64,000 nt of DNA from Chrysomallon squamiferum (GCA_012295275.1 CM022665.1:8990001-9054000), one strand, 5' to 3'. Positions 26,406 to 41,639 are shown, counted from the stretch's first letter. The notes: a model not told the origin generated them from the sequence alone. Made by a program: numbers and translations.

Positions 26406-28178
26406 TGTTTGTATAATGTTAATAGTAGTATATGACACAAGCCCATTCTTCAAAGCATTATCATCTAATACATGATGGCAATTACATAGATGTAATTTCA
26501 TAGGCCTATCCATATCTTTCATTTTAAGAAGTCTTTCCGTAATCGTTAAAAATAAGGTCAGTTAAAAAGAAAGTTATAACAGTTATTTACGATGACTATG
26601 TTAATTATTATGATATTAATAAATAAATAAATAAATAAATAAATAAATAGAACTGAATAGAATAGAAAGAATAACAAACATAATTGTTATAGTTCGTCCA
26701 AAGAATGTACTTTTAACTTTTTAATCTAATCATTATCCCGATGAATTTGCATTTTCGCAGTACTTGTAATTTTATGGGTGAACTTTATGTTGATTTTGTA
26801 ATGATTGTAAATCATGAAGCCTTTAATGGATGACTTCTTCAGTTTCGTATTTCATCCAAATGATAATGTTCTATCGCTACGCCAATATACCCATGAATGT
26901 GAACCCAGCATGCATAACATCATTGTTCTGACATTACATTTTGAAAAAACGATGGACCATGTATGTGACATTGTATTCTTCTGATTCAGTCCACGGGTTA
27001 GGAAAAGTAAAAGGAATTTCATAAACAATTTTTTTTTATATACCTTAGCTATTATTTCGTTTCGCCAAACATTTTGTTGTTGTGGAAAATTATCAGTATA
27101 CTATATTTTTTTTTGCTTGGCCGATTTTTGTTTGACAGTTTTTTTTTAGATCATACTTTAAACTATAGATCAGTAATGATAAAAGTAAATATTCAACTTT
27201 TTATGTTTTTGGTGGCCAACAGTTAAATACAACCGTAATGCGATACAGCCTTGATTAAGATTTACGTTTCCATTTCGTATATAGAAGTACAAAACATCTT
27301 AATAAACAGAAAAATACATTACTTTTGGAATGAATTACTTATGATGATAAAATAGTAAATAAAAGAAAAAATGCAAAACAGTTGGTAAAGAGGCATGTCA
27401 TTTTACTGTCAATTTATTATTAGCAAAGGTTTGTTTTGAGGAACAAAACAATAAAATAAAAGAATATAAATTAATTTAGGCTTTTGTTCGAACTACCACA
27501 GGTATGCTTTCTTATTTCGGAGTTTCCAGGAAGGTGTCCTCAGACAGTAACAACATCAACAACAACAACAAAAATAACAATAACAATAACAATAATAAAT
27601 AAATAAATAATAGGCAATTATTATTATGTTTTAATGTGATAAGAAAAATCTATGAGCTCTCTCTCTCTCTCTCTCTCTCTTCAGTAAACACGTTAAATAT
27701 AGCATTCAATACATCTATTTAGTATATTATCTAAGGTTCTAGATCGTTTGTCAGTTTTTATTTTATTTTTTTTTTTTCTTAAAGGGGTCAAAAGTATTTT
27801 AGAGTGAAAGTAAAAATGTCAACTAATATTACAGCTGAAGACAGAAATGTTGTTTCAGTGCTGGCATACTGTTATTCCAAAGTAAACATGAGATGACAGA
27901 CGTCAGCAAAAACTGATTGTTGTACGTATTATTGTTTGGGAACACAACAACGTACTTATTAACCGATTCAAATACTGATGGTAGCACGAATGATGCCATT
28001 AATAATAATATTATTATTACTTTTAATGGACGTCTGTTTTCTGGGGTTTTGTATGGGATCTAGCTGACAATCTGCCGACAGTGTTGACGTAAAGGATGCG
28101 TTAAATTTGAACTTTGACGAGCTGCAGCCGATATCTGTCGAAACGAGCTACCAAAAAAAAAAAAAAAAAAAAAAAAAA

Positions 28179-28226
<48 letters not shown>

Positions 28227-29209
28227 AATAAATAAATAAAAAGATACAGCAATAACAATCAACAACATAAGATTAATCTTGCTTGCAGATTCACACTGCT
28301 GGGTCAGTGAACTTCCATATTTGCTTGTTTTTCCAGTTAACAATATTTACTACTTGTAACAAATACCGCATGTTACCCGAGTTTATCCATACCAAAACAA
28401 ACACGAACTGTAAACGTGTAAAGTCTTACAAATATAATACGGCCTTAAATACAGTCATGGGTTTCAACAGTAGCATGTATTTTCCCCGGAGACCGTGCGG
28501 CTATTTATAGAAGCAACCTCAAGGAAAGCACATGCCGGTCAGTGACCGCTGGAAAGTATTCTAACAACATTATTGATTAGCTAGTCCACAAGTCTTTGAA
28601 CAGAAGCCCTAAGCTACATATTCTCTGGTGCATTCAGAACGCGACCACTGTTAAAAACAAAATCGGCACTCGCGAAATAATAATAATAATAATAAAATAA
28701 CAAGCCTATGATATGATTAATTCATACATGCCCAGGCATTTCATATTATGTTGAAGCCAAGTGTCTAGATAGACTTGAAGGACATTTTAGTAGTAAGCAG
28801 GTATTATTTCTGAACACTGGAGAAAGAAATAAATTCAAAGCGTTAAGAAGTAAAATTTTCACTGATATCTAGGTCCTCAAACAAACTGTTCAGTTTTCGT
28901 TATCAAGAATTACCGATTAGGTCAAAACAGGTGAAGGTCGCTATGTTTTGAAAGTCGTGGATGTACAAGCAGACATCCTTGTTTTGTAAACTATGTTTCA
29001 ACAAGAATCAGTTACTTGCTTATATTATTGAATGAACTTTATTTAATATGCTTTGTAAATTAAGAAACTTTGTCATAATATTATGTATTTTACGTATGAA
29101 ATTTGATTTACTGAAAACACTATCGTGATAATTTTAATTTTGCATGTCAAAATATTTAACATCATACTTCAGGTTTCTAATGTAGATACTGTATTGTTAA
29201 TAACTTGAG

Positions 29210-29246
<37 letters not shown>

Positions 29247-29601
29247 GGGGTAAAAGAAAAAAAGAACCTGTCTTTTTAACGTTCGTTTCTCGGTAATATT
29301 AACATTGTTACTATATTTATCTCATCTTCGGCATTTTGTATGAAAGTAGTCGTCTGCTCCTGCAGTTGATTGTATTTTTCATTATTTGTTGGGTTTCTTT
29401 TTTCTTCGCAGCAGTGCTCTGCGTGAATCATGGGATATAATCTGTTGAGAAAAATCTATTGAGACAAATCTGTTTACTTCATCTCAACGGTTTTTTTTTT
29501 TTTTTTTTCCCCTCTCTCTCTTCAGTTTTATCTGAAATTAAGCAGTAAACAACTATATGCTGATCCAGGACTGCGCCCCCACCCAATTGTTTGTGAACCG
29601 A

Positions 29602-29632
<31 letters not shown>

Positions 29633-29711
29633 TAAATATATATATATTTTTCTTTGAAATAATGCCTGCCAAATCGTGGATTCATTCATGCTAATAACAA
29701 CATTAACATTA

Positions 29712-29751
<40 letters not shown>

Positions 29752-30325
29752 TTATTATTATTATTATTGCGAAACGTAACATTCTAACCATTTTACTATC
29801 TATACCCATATATATTCTAATATGTATAGTAGGAATAATTTATAAAGGGTAAATAGTGTAACTACGTTCCTTATCAGCAGCAAACTTCTCGTATCTTAGT
29901 GCTTATAATGCCAAAGCATATGAAACTATCAAGAAGTATATTTTCCAAGCGATTGCATTTGCTATTAATTTTAGATATATGGCTAGATTAAACCTGCGCC
30001 AAGTGCTATTAATGCCAGCAACCAGTACACTAAGACCTGAGATTCCAGTTACAAACATGTTTTATTATCTACTAATTATCGATATTCCGAATACAAGCGT
30101 ATTTTTTTTTATCGCTTCACTATCCTTACCGCTAAAACATAAACAGTTCCCTCGATGAGGATAATAATGATGAAGATAATAACTCAGTGAATTACTATGC
30201 TACTGTGACTCTTTGGTCTTCCTTCCTCCCTCAGTTATTATTGAAGGATAACTAGTATACTCAGTGGGATAAAAATCACTTAGACTGTTGCTATTATTAT
30301 TACTAGAACAATAATAACAGCAACA

Positions 30326-30328
30326 ACA

Positions 30329-30406
<78 letters not shown>
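30326..30406. repeat. (ACT)n(AAT)n microsatellite
   Basis: Trinucleotide runs. Confidence 0.9.
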
Positions 30407-30604
30407 TATGATAATGATAATAAAAACAAAAACAACAACATTATTATTAATATTATTATAAATTTTGCAAGTTGCACTGTTTATTTACCAGTATCTACAG
30501 CATCACTGTATTGTTCTTAAAATACGTTTCTTAATGTCGGACAAAACGTTACCGAACATCAATAATTTTCTGAATTAAAAAACAATAAAAGAAAGAAGAA
30601 AACC

Positions 30605-30646
<42 letters not shown>

Positions 30647-31866
30647 CTCTCTACTTGAATGGTCTAACAGCATGAGCATTACCGGAAATACCACCGCCAC
30701 CAATTGTTATTTAATTAAGATAAAATAATTTTTAATATAATTATTGCTATTATTTCGTGGCGATGATAAAGCACATTTTAATTTAAGACAGACAGCTGTC
30801 AGTCGTAAAAATAGTTCGTTGTTCCACTAACCTACAGCAGAGACGATATTTCGCAATCTCTCTCTCTCTCTCTGTGTATTATAACCAATAGTCTTGTTTG
30901 TGTGCCACTGACCCACACAGCGAACAAACAAGGTATTTCGCAATCGCCAACTACGTCGTACGTAAAATACTGCTTTGTATTCCACTGTAACACGAACGTA
31001 AATTTTCACCTCGAAACGTGGAGTTCAAATAGCCTTATATGGACTTGTTTACTAGAAAATAATAAACACGTACCTTGTAATTATTTCAGTACATATATTG
31101 TTATTTCTTTATTTTATTTTCATTGTTTTTGATTATTTATTTATTATTTTTTATTTATTCCTAAAATTTTTAATTAAGGGTTGAATGATTATTATCATTT
31201 TGTTTTTTTAAATTTCCATTTAATTAATTTTCTTCTATATTTCACGTTTCATAATTGGGTCTTACCTTTCCACAATAAATTCTGAAATCACTTAAAAATA
31301 ATAGCAAAGTTTATATTTGTACATTCTGGTTCACTGGATCAGGAACACAGATATGTCTTAGAATGACATTTTTATGCTTTAAAAAACATTTTGAAAGTTC
31401 AGTTAAATATAAATTAAAAAAAAAATATGATTAAGTTTAAGTAGTTTTTAATAAACAGAAATAGAAATAATAAAACTGTCTTGTATTTTCGCGTATAAAT
31501 GTCCTCTCCTTGTTGACCTTACCTGACTTTCTCAAATTAGATTCACATTTGACAATTTACAAAACTGACGCCCTTATAGTTTATATCTGGAAAGGATTTA
31601 GGTTAAAAGATCTGTAAGAGGCATAATAAATCTATTCGCTTAACTTAAGTTTCATTTATTTATATATTTATCTCAAAATTTTAGATAAACGGTAGATTAA
31701 ATATGGTTTAAGAAATACTGGGTAAAAACAAAAGCCTTTTTATTTATTTATTTATTTATTTATTTTGTTCTGAGGTATCGTTAAACATAATTTAATCTTT
31801 ATTTTTTTTTAAATAACAGTTTGCAATTTACAGTTTATGTAAGATGTTAAGTTGAATGAAAAAAAG

Positions 31867-31906
<40 letters not shown>

Positions 31907-33577
31907 GAATTAATATTTAAGGATATGGAAATATTTAAAAGTTAACGCTTATTGCGTATTTTGCTTTTCATTTTGTTTCTTTTGCTCTTTCCTTCTTTTT
32001 GTCAGCTCTCCTTTCAATTAACAACAAGGGTTATTTTGTAATGCACTGCCTTAATCCCTTAGATTAAATTTGTAACATATATTTTTTTCCTAAACTGTCA
32101 AATCGTAGAAAACTACATTTGTTTTGCAGTTAAAGATTGTTTCTCTCTGTTTTATAAACTTTAGACAAACAGGAAAAAATAAAATAAAATAAAATAAAAC
32201 AAACAAACAAATAAATAAAAATAATTAAAAAATAAAAATAAACATTAAAATTTTCGATAAAATGTGCCTTATTTCACTTTCTATAAATCTAACAAATAAT
32301 TAAAAGAATCGTCATTTTTATCTTGATGAATAGATATGTCGACTTTTATTTTTGTAAGAGTGCGATATGTTGTTATGATACATTATACATTTTTCTTCAT
32401 GAAATAAAATGGTTCAACGTCCGAAATGAGCTTTATTGGCTATTTTCATTATTTGACATAAACGTGGTTGAGCATTAATTATGTTGGCACTTACATGAAG
32501 TCCCAAGTCAGAATTATTCTCAAGTTTCTGTGAAATAAACTGATGTATCAGGTTTTAGTTGCGTATACTTGGTCAAGTTGTTGTCACAGTACAAAGGTTA
32601 ACTTTGTTTCTAAAGCATTTAGGTTCCGAACCAGAACGAACTTGTTAACGCGAACATTTCGATGAATAACGTTGTTTGTGATTTTGATTAATTTTAATAA
32701 AAACATTGAAATTAATTTTCCGTATCGATTTTAATTGACTGTGACGAGCGCATATGAAAGTCAAATAGGCGAACATAAATATTAAATATTAACGACACAC
32801 ACGCACAGGCACACACACACATTTATGTAATGAAATATTAATTTTATGTAGAAATTTTATATTAAAAAAAAAGATGGCTCATCCTTTTTTTTTTTTTTTT
32901 TGAAATCTAGGACAGCCTCTAGAACAGAATGCGGACTTTGAATGATCTGAAACCAACACGTTGGCTGTTAAAGTAAATAAACGACATTTTTCTTTCTTTC
33001 TTTCCTTCTTCGTCTATTAATTTTTTATATATATATATTTTTTTATATTTGAGATTATTTTATATTTTATAAATCAACCGCGGGCAAATTTTGTCTATAA
33101 CTCAATAAAAACTTTTCTTCACGATTGATTAACTGATAGAACAGATAAACTGATTTTAAAATACTTAATTTTTACGAGGTTTTTATGTTGTTATTACGTT
33201 CAATAACTTCTTGAATATTTTCCGAGTACTCTGATTTGTCCTATTTTTAAACTGTTCTTCACCACGAGCCCTTGATAACGCTGACACATCAGACTATATA
33301 TATATATAATGTACAAAATAATAATAATAACAATAATAAAAATATTGCATTTTGATAACGTACACCTAGTGAGTTATTTGATAAAAGGGGCCAAAGACAC
33401 AAATGGAAGCTTTGTTTCCCGGTTATCAGCTTCCTGTTTAACACAAAGGTGAATTTTTAAAAAGCGGTTTACCGTAAATAATAAAGAAATAATAATAAAA
33501 TTTTTTTGAAAATAAATTGATAATGTGATAGTTGGTTGGATTAGAGATATTTAAATAAATATTAAAATAAATAATAA

Positions 33578-33608
<31 letters not shown>

Positions 33609-35059
33609 TAAAAAAAATAATAATAAAATAAATAATAAAATAAATTATATGTTTCTATTATAAAGACTGGTTACTGAAAAACAGTTTTAATCTGATAAAA
33701 TTTTCTATTATCAGATTAATGGTATGTAGGTTAACAGACAGATGGCCAAGTCAAATGAAATATGGCCGCTCGGGATGATGCAATCGCGGTTTTAAAGTTC
33801 ACGTCAGTGCTCGTAATACACATGTAGGGCCCATGTAAAATAACGATATCAAATGTGAGGGGGTGGAAGCAATAAAATAAAAAATAAATAAAATAAAAAA
33901 TAAAAAATAATAAATAAATAAATAAATAATAAAAATTATTATAAAATAAAATAAAATAAATATTACTAATAAAAAATAATAATAAATGAAAAATAATAAA
34001 AAAAAAAAAAAAAAATAATAATAAAAAAAAAAATTAACTGTATGAATGCTGTTCTTTTAGAAATATTTTATAACGCCATCCTTCCATTAAATTTAACTCA
34101 AATGGGTTCATTGTGTATGAGATTTCAAAATTTGGATAAAGGTGCGGTCTAACATATGTTGCGAGAACAGAGAACTAGCATTCAGCCGTAACACCCATTA
34201 GAAGGGGCAGTTCCACAATTTCCAGTAACGGGAATGGGCATCGCTGTGGGGGATATAATACTGTATGATAAAAACAGTTTCGTCATGAAAGAAAAAAAAA
34301 ATCGGTAGGCAACAAATATATGTGGAGATCCATATGTGATTAAGCTTATTATTATTATTATTTATTTTTTTTACAGTATTTAATTGTTAAATTTAATGTA
34401 AAAAATTCAGTATATAAAACAAATAATTGTGGTAAAAACGACAAACAAACAAATAGAATCTTTAGTGATTTCACTGTTTTATTGTTAATAAACTATCAAC
34501 TATTTCCTTTTGTCTGAGTTATAATCCTTTCTGCATAATTATTATTAAATACTTATTTTCCACTAGGTAAACGGCTTCGACAATGAGGTCAGTATAGCCC
34601 AGTAAACATTGCTTTATAAGTTTAGCTCATTGAGGCTTTACCATATACACGAACAAGTAAACAAGTCTTCGACAGACGTAAGTTCTAACGTGCGTATTGC
34701 TTACGTTGAGAATGTTTTGACGTGAGCAACCTAGCAGACGTTCTCAGGAAATCTTCTCACCATTCTTTGTTAAATCGCTATAACAAAAATAGAAAAATGC
34801 ACGTTCCACTAACATTATCAACAACATAGAGGGGTTTTCTCAAAATGTACACCTGCAAAATAAAATACGTAAAAGTAATAACTATTTTTCAAAGGCTAGT
34901 TTCAGAAATGCAGGTATGAAATTAAAGAACAACCGACGATGATTTTTAATTATCTTTGAGACAATGATAAATCCATGCTAATAGATATTTATAATAAAAA
35001 CAGAATATCAGTATCTGTATTTTAATTTTATACATTATGTAACCTATTATAAAAAAAAA

Positions 35060-35102
<43 letters not shown>

Positions 35103-38019
35103 AGGCATACTTAAAAATTTCGATTCGTGCATTTTGTTTCGGTAATTTGTTAATCACCATTCTATTTTAAGATTATTTTAGTTTTGGTTTCATAAGGAAA
35201 TTAAACACTACAAAATGACTCATGTCTTTTTAAATCGATGACAAAACAGCAATATATATTTCTGAATTGGAGAAAAACATGAATTGTTTCTTGAGACGCC
35301 TTATTTTCAGCGCCATAAATCTGATGGTTTTAAATCAGTCTTTTTATAAATTGGAGTCTTTTCATGAAGAGATTTTTCACCTTATTTGAAATCGAGGAGA
35401 CTGGTCTTTAAATTTTAAACTTTATAACACGACACGTTATACATTCTGTATAAAATGGTTGAGATATTGGGTCCAAAGTTCTAGCTAGGCATTTTAATTA
35501 TTTCTTATGAATGATTTAAGTAAGTCTTGTTAGCCCTCGAACTGTATGTTTTGTTGGTGTACGTTTATGTAAGACTCTATTCATGTAAAACATATTTCAT
35601 GCAGAGCTGACTTAAATTTTAAAATGAATGTAAATGTTATTTTCAAACTATGCAAAGACTGCAAGTGTCTACATTTCAAGACGCACTTGAGCGTGAGATT
35701 CAATGGCCATCCAAGTAATAATATATGCTTTTAAAACCTTCACGCCCTACATAACCGACGAATCTTATTTCAAGACTTCAAAGTTTAGTAAACAAGTGTT
35801 CCATATATTAACTCTGGCTGATATCCCCTGTTAACTGATAAGTTTTCAACGAATTTTTCATGCGTATATCCAAAATGTATGCATAACTCTGTTGGTCGGG
35901 TAGAGAGGGGAATCCATCATAATCTAACACAATGATAAGATAATAATTTATCTGCAGTGAGTTCAAATAAAATTGCAAAAATAATAATAAATTTAAAAAA
36001 ATACAAAGACGAATAAGAGAAAAAGGAAGGGAGAGGGTGAAAGAGAAAGAGAGATATAAAATGACGGAAACATTTTAAAAATTGTAATAATGATCGACAG
36101 CTTTTCAGTTTACTTTCTTAACGTCATACTAAGTGCTCATGACATTTGTCGTGGGGACATAGATAACCTGTTTCTTTGTTCTTCATAAAGTGACTTCTTT
36201 CTGCAGAGTTCCCGGTACCTTACTGCTTATTCAGTAAAGAAATAAAACTACCAGTCTTTTATTATTATTATCTACTTAAGTATAAAATAATAACAACAAT
36301 AATAATGATATTCGAGATGAAGATTTTTCAAAATTACTCATATATGAAGATCATTTATGATATTCAAGTACGTATATCCTATTGTGATTCGGCCCATTGT
36401 TTTTATAACACTCTTATTATATTAATTATTTTTCCATTGTTTAACGGGTCGATGCAGAAGAAGGTCGACAGTTAGTCCCCTAATTTCTTAGGTTAGTTAA
36501 TACTGTTTGATAATATGAATTATATTAATTATTTAATAATAAAGATAATTTAATCTGAAAAATCAATTCATTACCGCTTTCTTAAAAACAAACAAATAAC
36601 AGCAACAAAAAAGAATCCCAGAAAATAACGTCTGACATTGGCTCTTAAGTATTTTAAATATAATTTATTGTTATTCAAAAGACTGTAGAAAAAAGAAAGA
36701 AAAAGAAAATACATTTTACTGTTGTTCTGAATGTCAACTATAAAGTTATATAAATGGAGGATTATGACGACAGAAACTCTGAACTGAGGCATTATGAATT
36801 CCAGTAATAATAAAAAAGAAAACTGAAATAAACCAATTGTGCACTTGTTATATTGTTGTATTCGTAATCTGACGGCTAAGCTCGACATGGTCTATTATGG
36901 CGTTGAGGTAAAAATATCAAGGCCATTTAACATTCCTTGATATCCATGAAACGATGTAAGGTTCCAGGCGTACACCTGTAGAGAGCTTTCACCTTTTGGT
37001 TCTAAGAGGGATTGTATCAAAACTTGTATTACCAAAGAGTGTGAAAAGACATTGTATAAACAGAGCCAAATGAATACACTCACAAATGTTGGCGTATTTA
37101 CAAGCACTGGCTTGTACATGAAAGATATGACATTATGAAACTACTTAAATTTGATGTGAAACGTAGAAAACAGCGATATAAAAACTACAATGAAACAAAC
37201 AGACAAAAAAAAAAAAAAAAAAAAAAAAAATAAACAGCAAAAAAACAAAAACAAAACAAACAACAAAACACATACAGTAATAATTAGAGCATCATCAAAA
37301 ATAAAATGCAAAACAAATAATCAAAAATAGCAACATTAAAAACTACATTTTGTTTTCATTTATTTCACACCTGCTGGTTAAGAGATTATTATTATTATTA
37401 CTTTTTTTTTTTTTTTTTTTTTTTTATCATTTTCTGAAGATAAGAATGGAATATGTATGAGTTAAGAGAGAGAAAGAGAGAGAGAGGGTAAGTATTAATA
37501 ATAAAAAGTTTAAACTACGGTATCAATTACAACGAACACGAACAATAAGAATATACAATTTCGCTAAATATCTTTGATATTATCACCATTATCGATAATA
37601 TTATCATAAACAAAATAATAAATAAATGCTAGTAAAAAAAAAAAAAAAAAATAAAAAAAAAAAAAATTAAATAAAATATGTATATATGTCACCATTTATG
37701 GAATCAGTGTAGTCAGGTTACCAGGTAGAATTGTGAAGAAATCTTATCTGAAATATGAACTATTTTACTGGTTTAGTGTCGACTATAAACAGTATGTCAC
37801 TGCCACTTTTCTGTCTGATAAGTGATGTGTGAGAGGATACTGTACACTAATAAGATTATTCTTTAGACACACAAACAGAAAGCTTTGTGAGACGGTGGAA
37901 AAGATCACTATCACGAATCATTAATAAACATGTCGCAAACGTGTATTAATGTTTTCAAAATGAGTATCTAGATGTCTAAAAAGTAACAGGAATGTATGAA
38001 AAGTCGCTGATTGGGTTTC

Positions 38020-38272
38020 AGACTGGTGTGACAATCGTTAACTAGATAGTGGCGACATAAAATAATAGGAAAACAACACGAGTGAAGATGGCTTCAGGGA
38101 TGTCATTCCAGATCTTGACCAAGACCTGTTCTAATTGGGTTAATGTCAAGGATCGGTCAAGTTCACAATCACATAGAGATCCGAAAGGGAGAAAACACTA
38201 TCTGAACAAGCTTGGACACGGTGCAATGTCGTCTTTTCTCGGGAAATTTTTGACATCATATAAGACATCTTG
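38020..38272 (-). pseudogene. Tc1/mariner transposase C-terminal relic
   Basis: Minus frame ...CELDRSLTLTQLEQVLVKIWNDIPEAIFTRVV resembles the Tc1 C-terminus (WDELDR...TL.EL...L...W..IP); contains an in-frame stop; no TIRs found. Confidence 0.55.
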
Positions 38273-38497
38273 AACCCGTTATCGTTCCGAGGCCGGATTT
38301 AAATTCACTTCTCAGTTTCCTGAAATCTTATTTAAAGGGTCATGGCCAGTGGTTTTTTTTGGCGGTGGCACAAAAAATATAGTATTTTAACTGAAACAAC
38401 AAATGCATGTGCTTTGTACAAAAACACACACTGATATGCATTTAAAGTTTTACACGAAATATTTCATCGCTTGATGAGAAAGACAGATATACATATG

Positions 38498-38500
<3 letters not shown>

Positions 38501-38558
<58 letters not shown>
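38501..38558. repeat. (AG)n microsatellite
   Basis: Perfect run. Confidence 0.95.
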
Positions 38559-38562
<4 letters not shown>

Positions 38563-40625
38563 TTTCATCCTTCTTGCCTTCAGTAAAATATATTTATATA
38601 GTACTATAAATCTAGGCTGAAAAGAAACAGTGTGCTCAAAATAGCATATTTTGTAGCTTGATTATAAAACTACTGATAAAACGTTCTTTATGACACAACA
38701 CGAGGCAGAACTCTTAAATGATCAAGTACTAAATATTAATCAGTATGATTTTTTTTTTCTTAACATCAACTTAACTCTTTACCAGTCTACAAAAAAAAAA
38801 AAAGGCCTGTAAATTTTTTTTTTTTTTTTATTTATTATTATGTGTTTTTTGGGGTTTTTTTGTAATAGGTTTATAGTAATCATTAACTGGAACTGCTTTA
38901 TATTATGAATACAAATTAAAGAACATATTTAGGACAACCATTAAAACATTTACTGAAACCTTTTTGTCATTTTGACGATTAACATGATTTTAATCCAGTA
39001 ACACAGGAGATTTTGATCATGATTTAAAGTCACTATTCAGGATTAAAAAAAGAAAAGAGAAAAAAAAGAAAGAAACACTTAAACTACTTCCATCAAAATG
39101 TTAGACACAACACAAACCTCTTACGAAATATAAAAAAAAAAAAAAAAAACTGAAAACTTGTAATTTTTTTCTTTTTCTATTTATTTATTTTATTATTAAG
39201 GGTTAATAATAAGCGTTTTTTAAACATCCCCAAAAATTATTATAAAGAAGAAAGATATAAAAAAGAAAAAAAACCACTGGTAAGTCTGCTTGACCATTAT
39301 ATTACTTGCAGAACAGAGAAAATCTGAAGGACAAAAAAAAAATAACAAAGAATGAAAATACCAAATAAACATTACAGCGTGAGCAATCCTACCTTAAAGT
39401 TTACAATGTGGTAAATTGAAAACTAGAAAGAACAAGGAATTTATAGATCTGATAACTTGCTCTTCTCACGGGCAAGTTAATCGTTTATTACCTTTCCAAA
39501 TATTACGTGATGTCTAAAGAAACATTTAATTTGATCACTGACATTTAAATAATATAAATAGTAAGCAGATTAAATACCATTGTATGGTATTACCATCAGT
39601 TAATTGTAGCTAAGCGTAAATGTAATACACCTAACTCAGCTGCAGCCATTTAACAATAAAATAAACAGCAATAAAAACATTTTATAAATAAAAATGAATT
39701 GACGGATCGTAACAAATGTTACCGGTCTAAGGGGAATAACTCTCCGAAATAACTATTTCAAAAGTTGAATGTAAGAATGGAGGAATATAACTCATCTGAC
39801 ATTTTCATTTATTTAATTTATTTAATTTTTCAAATTTCCAAAGAAAAGTTTACAGATATCTCATTTCAGTTTATATTAAAATTATGTGAAAGAGACATCA
39901 AGTTTTCGTTAAAGCTAAAAGGAACGATTCATTATTTATTTATTTATTTGATTTTTTTACGTTTTATATTTTAACTAGATTTATATATCCATTATATATT
40001 GTTAAAATAGTAATTTACAAAAAAGTTGATACAGACAGCCGGTCGATCTAAAACATACGTAGAAGCTGTTGATAAATATTTCCTAAAAAAGAGTGAAATA
40101 TGTTTTACTTGTTTTGTCAAGTTCCTGTGTTGTTTTTGTAACTGGATTTATTTGGTAAATTCTGTGGATAAAACTGAAATATTAGTGCTATTCTGAAACA
40201 ATTAATTTAAAAGTAATTTTTGTTTATTTTTAATCAATTTATTATACAGCTTTTTCCTGTTATTATCATTGCTATTTTTTTCTTAATTACAAGGAATGGC
40301 AATAATGATAAAGGTTCAAGGATTTCATGAATGGGTCACCAATATAAAAATGACTGGATAAATCTGTTCTAGAGTTTATAATTTAGGGAACAAAATCGGT
40401 ACATCTTTTAAAAAGATAAACAATACTTAAACACTCATTAATGACATCTTTTTGTATTATTAAAATTAAAATTAAAATTCATAAGTTTGTAAAAAATGTA
40501 TTTTCTGTAACAAAAACAATATTTTATAAACACCACACACGGCAATGATTGTCATAAAAAAAAATTTCCCCTCCCACTAATGCATACATTTAGATAAATT
40601 AATTGTTTTATTATTCATTATAAGT

Positions 40626-40662
<37 letters not shown>

Positions 40663-40705
40663 AAACAAGATGTTTTAGTGAAGAAATTTAGTGTTAACTA
40701 TTAGC

Positions 40706-40744
<39 letters not shown>

Positions 40745-40992
40745 AAAACAAGAAAAAAGAAAAGGAAAAATAATTTAATTTCAATCGAAAGAAAATAACA
40801 AGTTCTCATTCACGTCCGCTAAGGCGTTATAAACGTGACAACTATAATTATTTTGTAAATGACTTTCGACTTAGTACAAAAGTACACATTTGATAAACTG
40901 AAATATATTTGACATTATAATCCTATCTGATGCTCTTAATGAGCGTTAATAGTTTGTTGAAAATAGATTTCGAGCAGAGACAAAACGTTTCG

Positions 40993-41022
40993 AGCGGTGA
41001 GCGAAAATTGTGTGTGTGGGGA

Positions 41023-41055
<33 letters not shown>

Positions 41056-41099
41056 TTTATTATTATTATTTCCCCCCACACACAATATCGCTCACCGCT
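40993..41099. repeat. Palindromic MITE-like element with (AAT)n/(ATT)n centre
   Basis: agcggtgagcgaaaattgtgtgtgtggggaaataataa ... ttattatttccccccacacacaatatcgctcaccgct. Confidence 0.85.
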
Positions 41100-41128
41100 G
41101 GTAATAATAATATATGTTAAAAAAGTAA

Positions 41129-41193
<65 letters not shown>

Positions 41194-41390
41194 ATCAAAA
41201 ATAAGTAAAATAATTTAAAAATAAATATATAAACAAATAAATAACATTCAATCGCTAACTCAGTAGCTGCATGCTGTATAATGCGGCTTGTTAAATTTTC
41301 AATGGAGAGGAAAAATCAGATTAATTATTAAATGCATTTTGATCAAACATTTCTAAATAATTAATTATCCAGATATAAAAATTAAAATTA

Positions 41391-41430
<40 letters not shown>

Positions 41431-41639
41431 AGGTTTTTATTGTTTTGATAATCAAAGATTTTGACACTTAATTTATATTTTGCTGACAACATTTTTTTCT
41501 TTCTTTTTTTTAATGCATACTTAAAATTAATTATTAAAATACTTTATTTCTAACTTTTTAATTCTAAAAGATTTTAGTGTATAACCAAATTCCAATACCC
41601 GATTCCACTATGTCCGAGGCTATCATTCAACTTTCGCTT

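Noticed and set aside
28022-28149. Short open frame on both strands next to a poly-A run
   Set aside because: No recognisable protein motif or partner exons; looks like a repeat remnant
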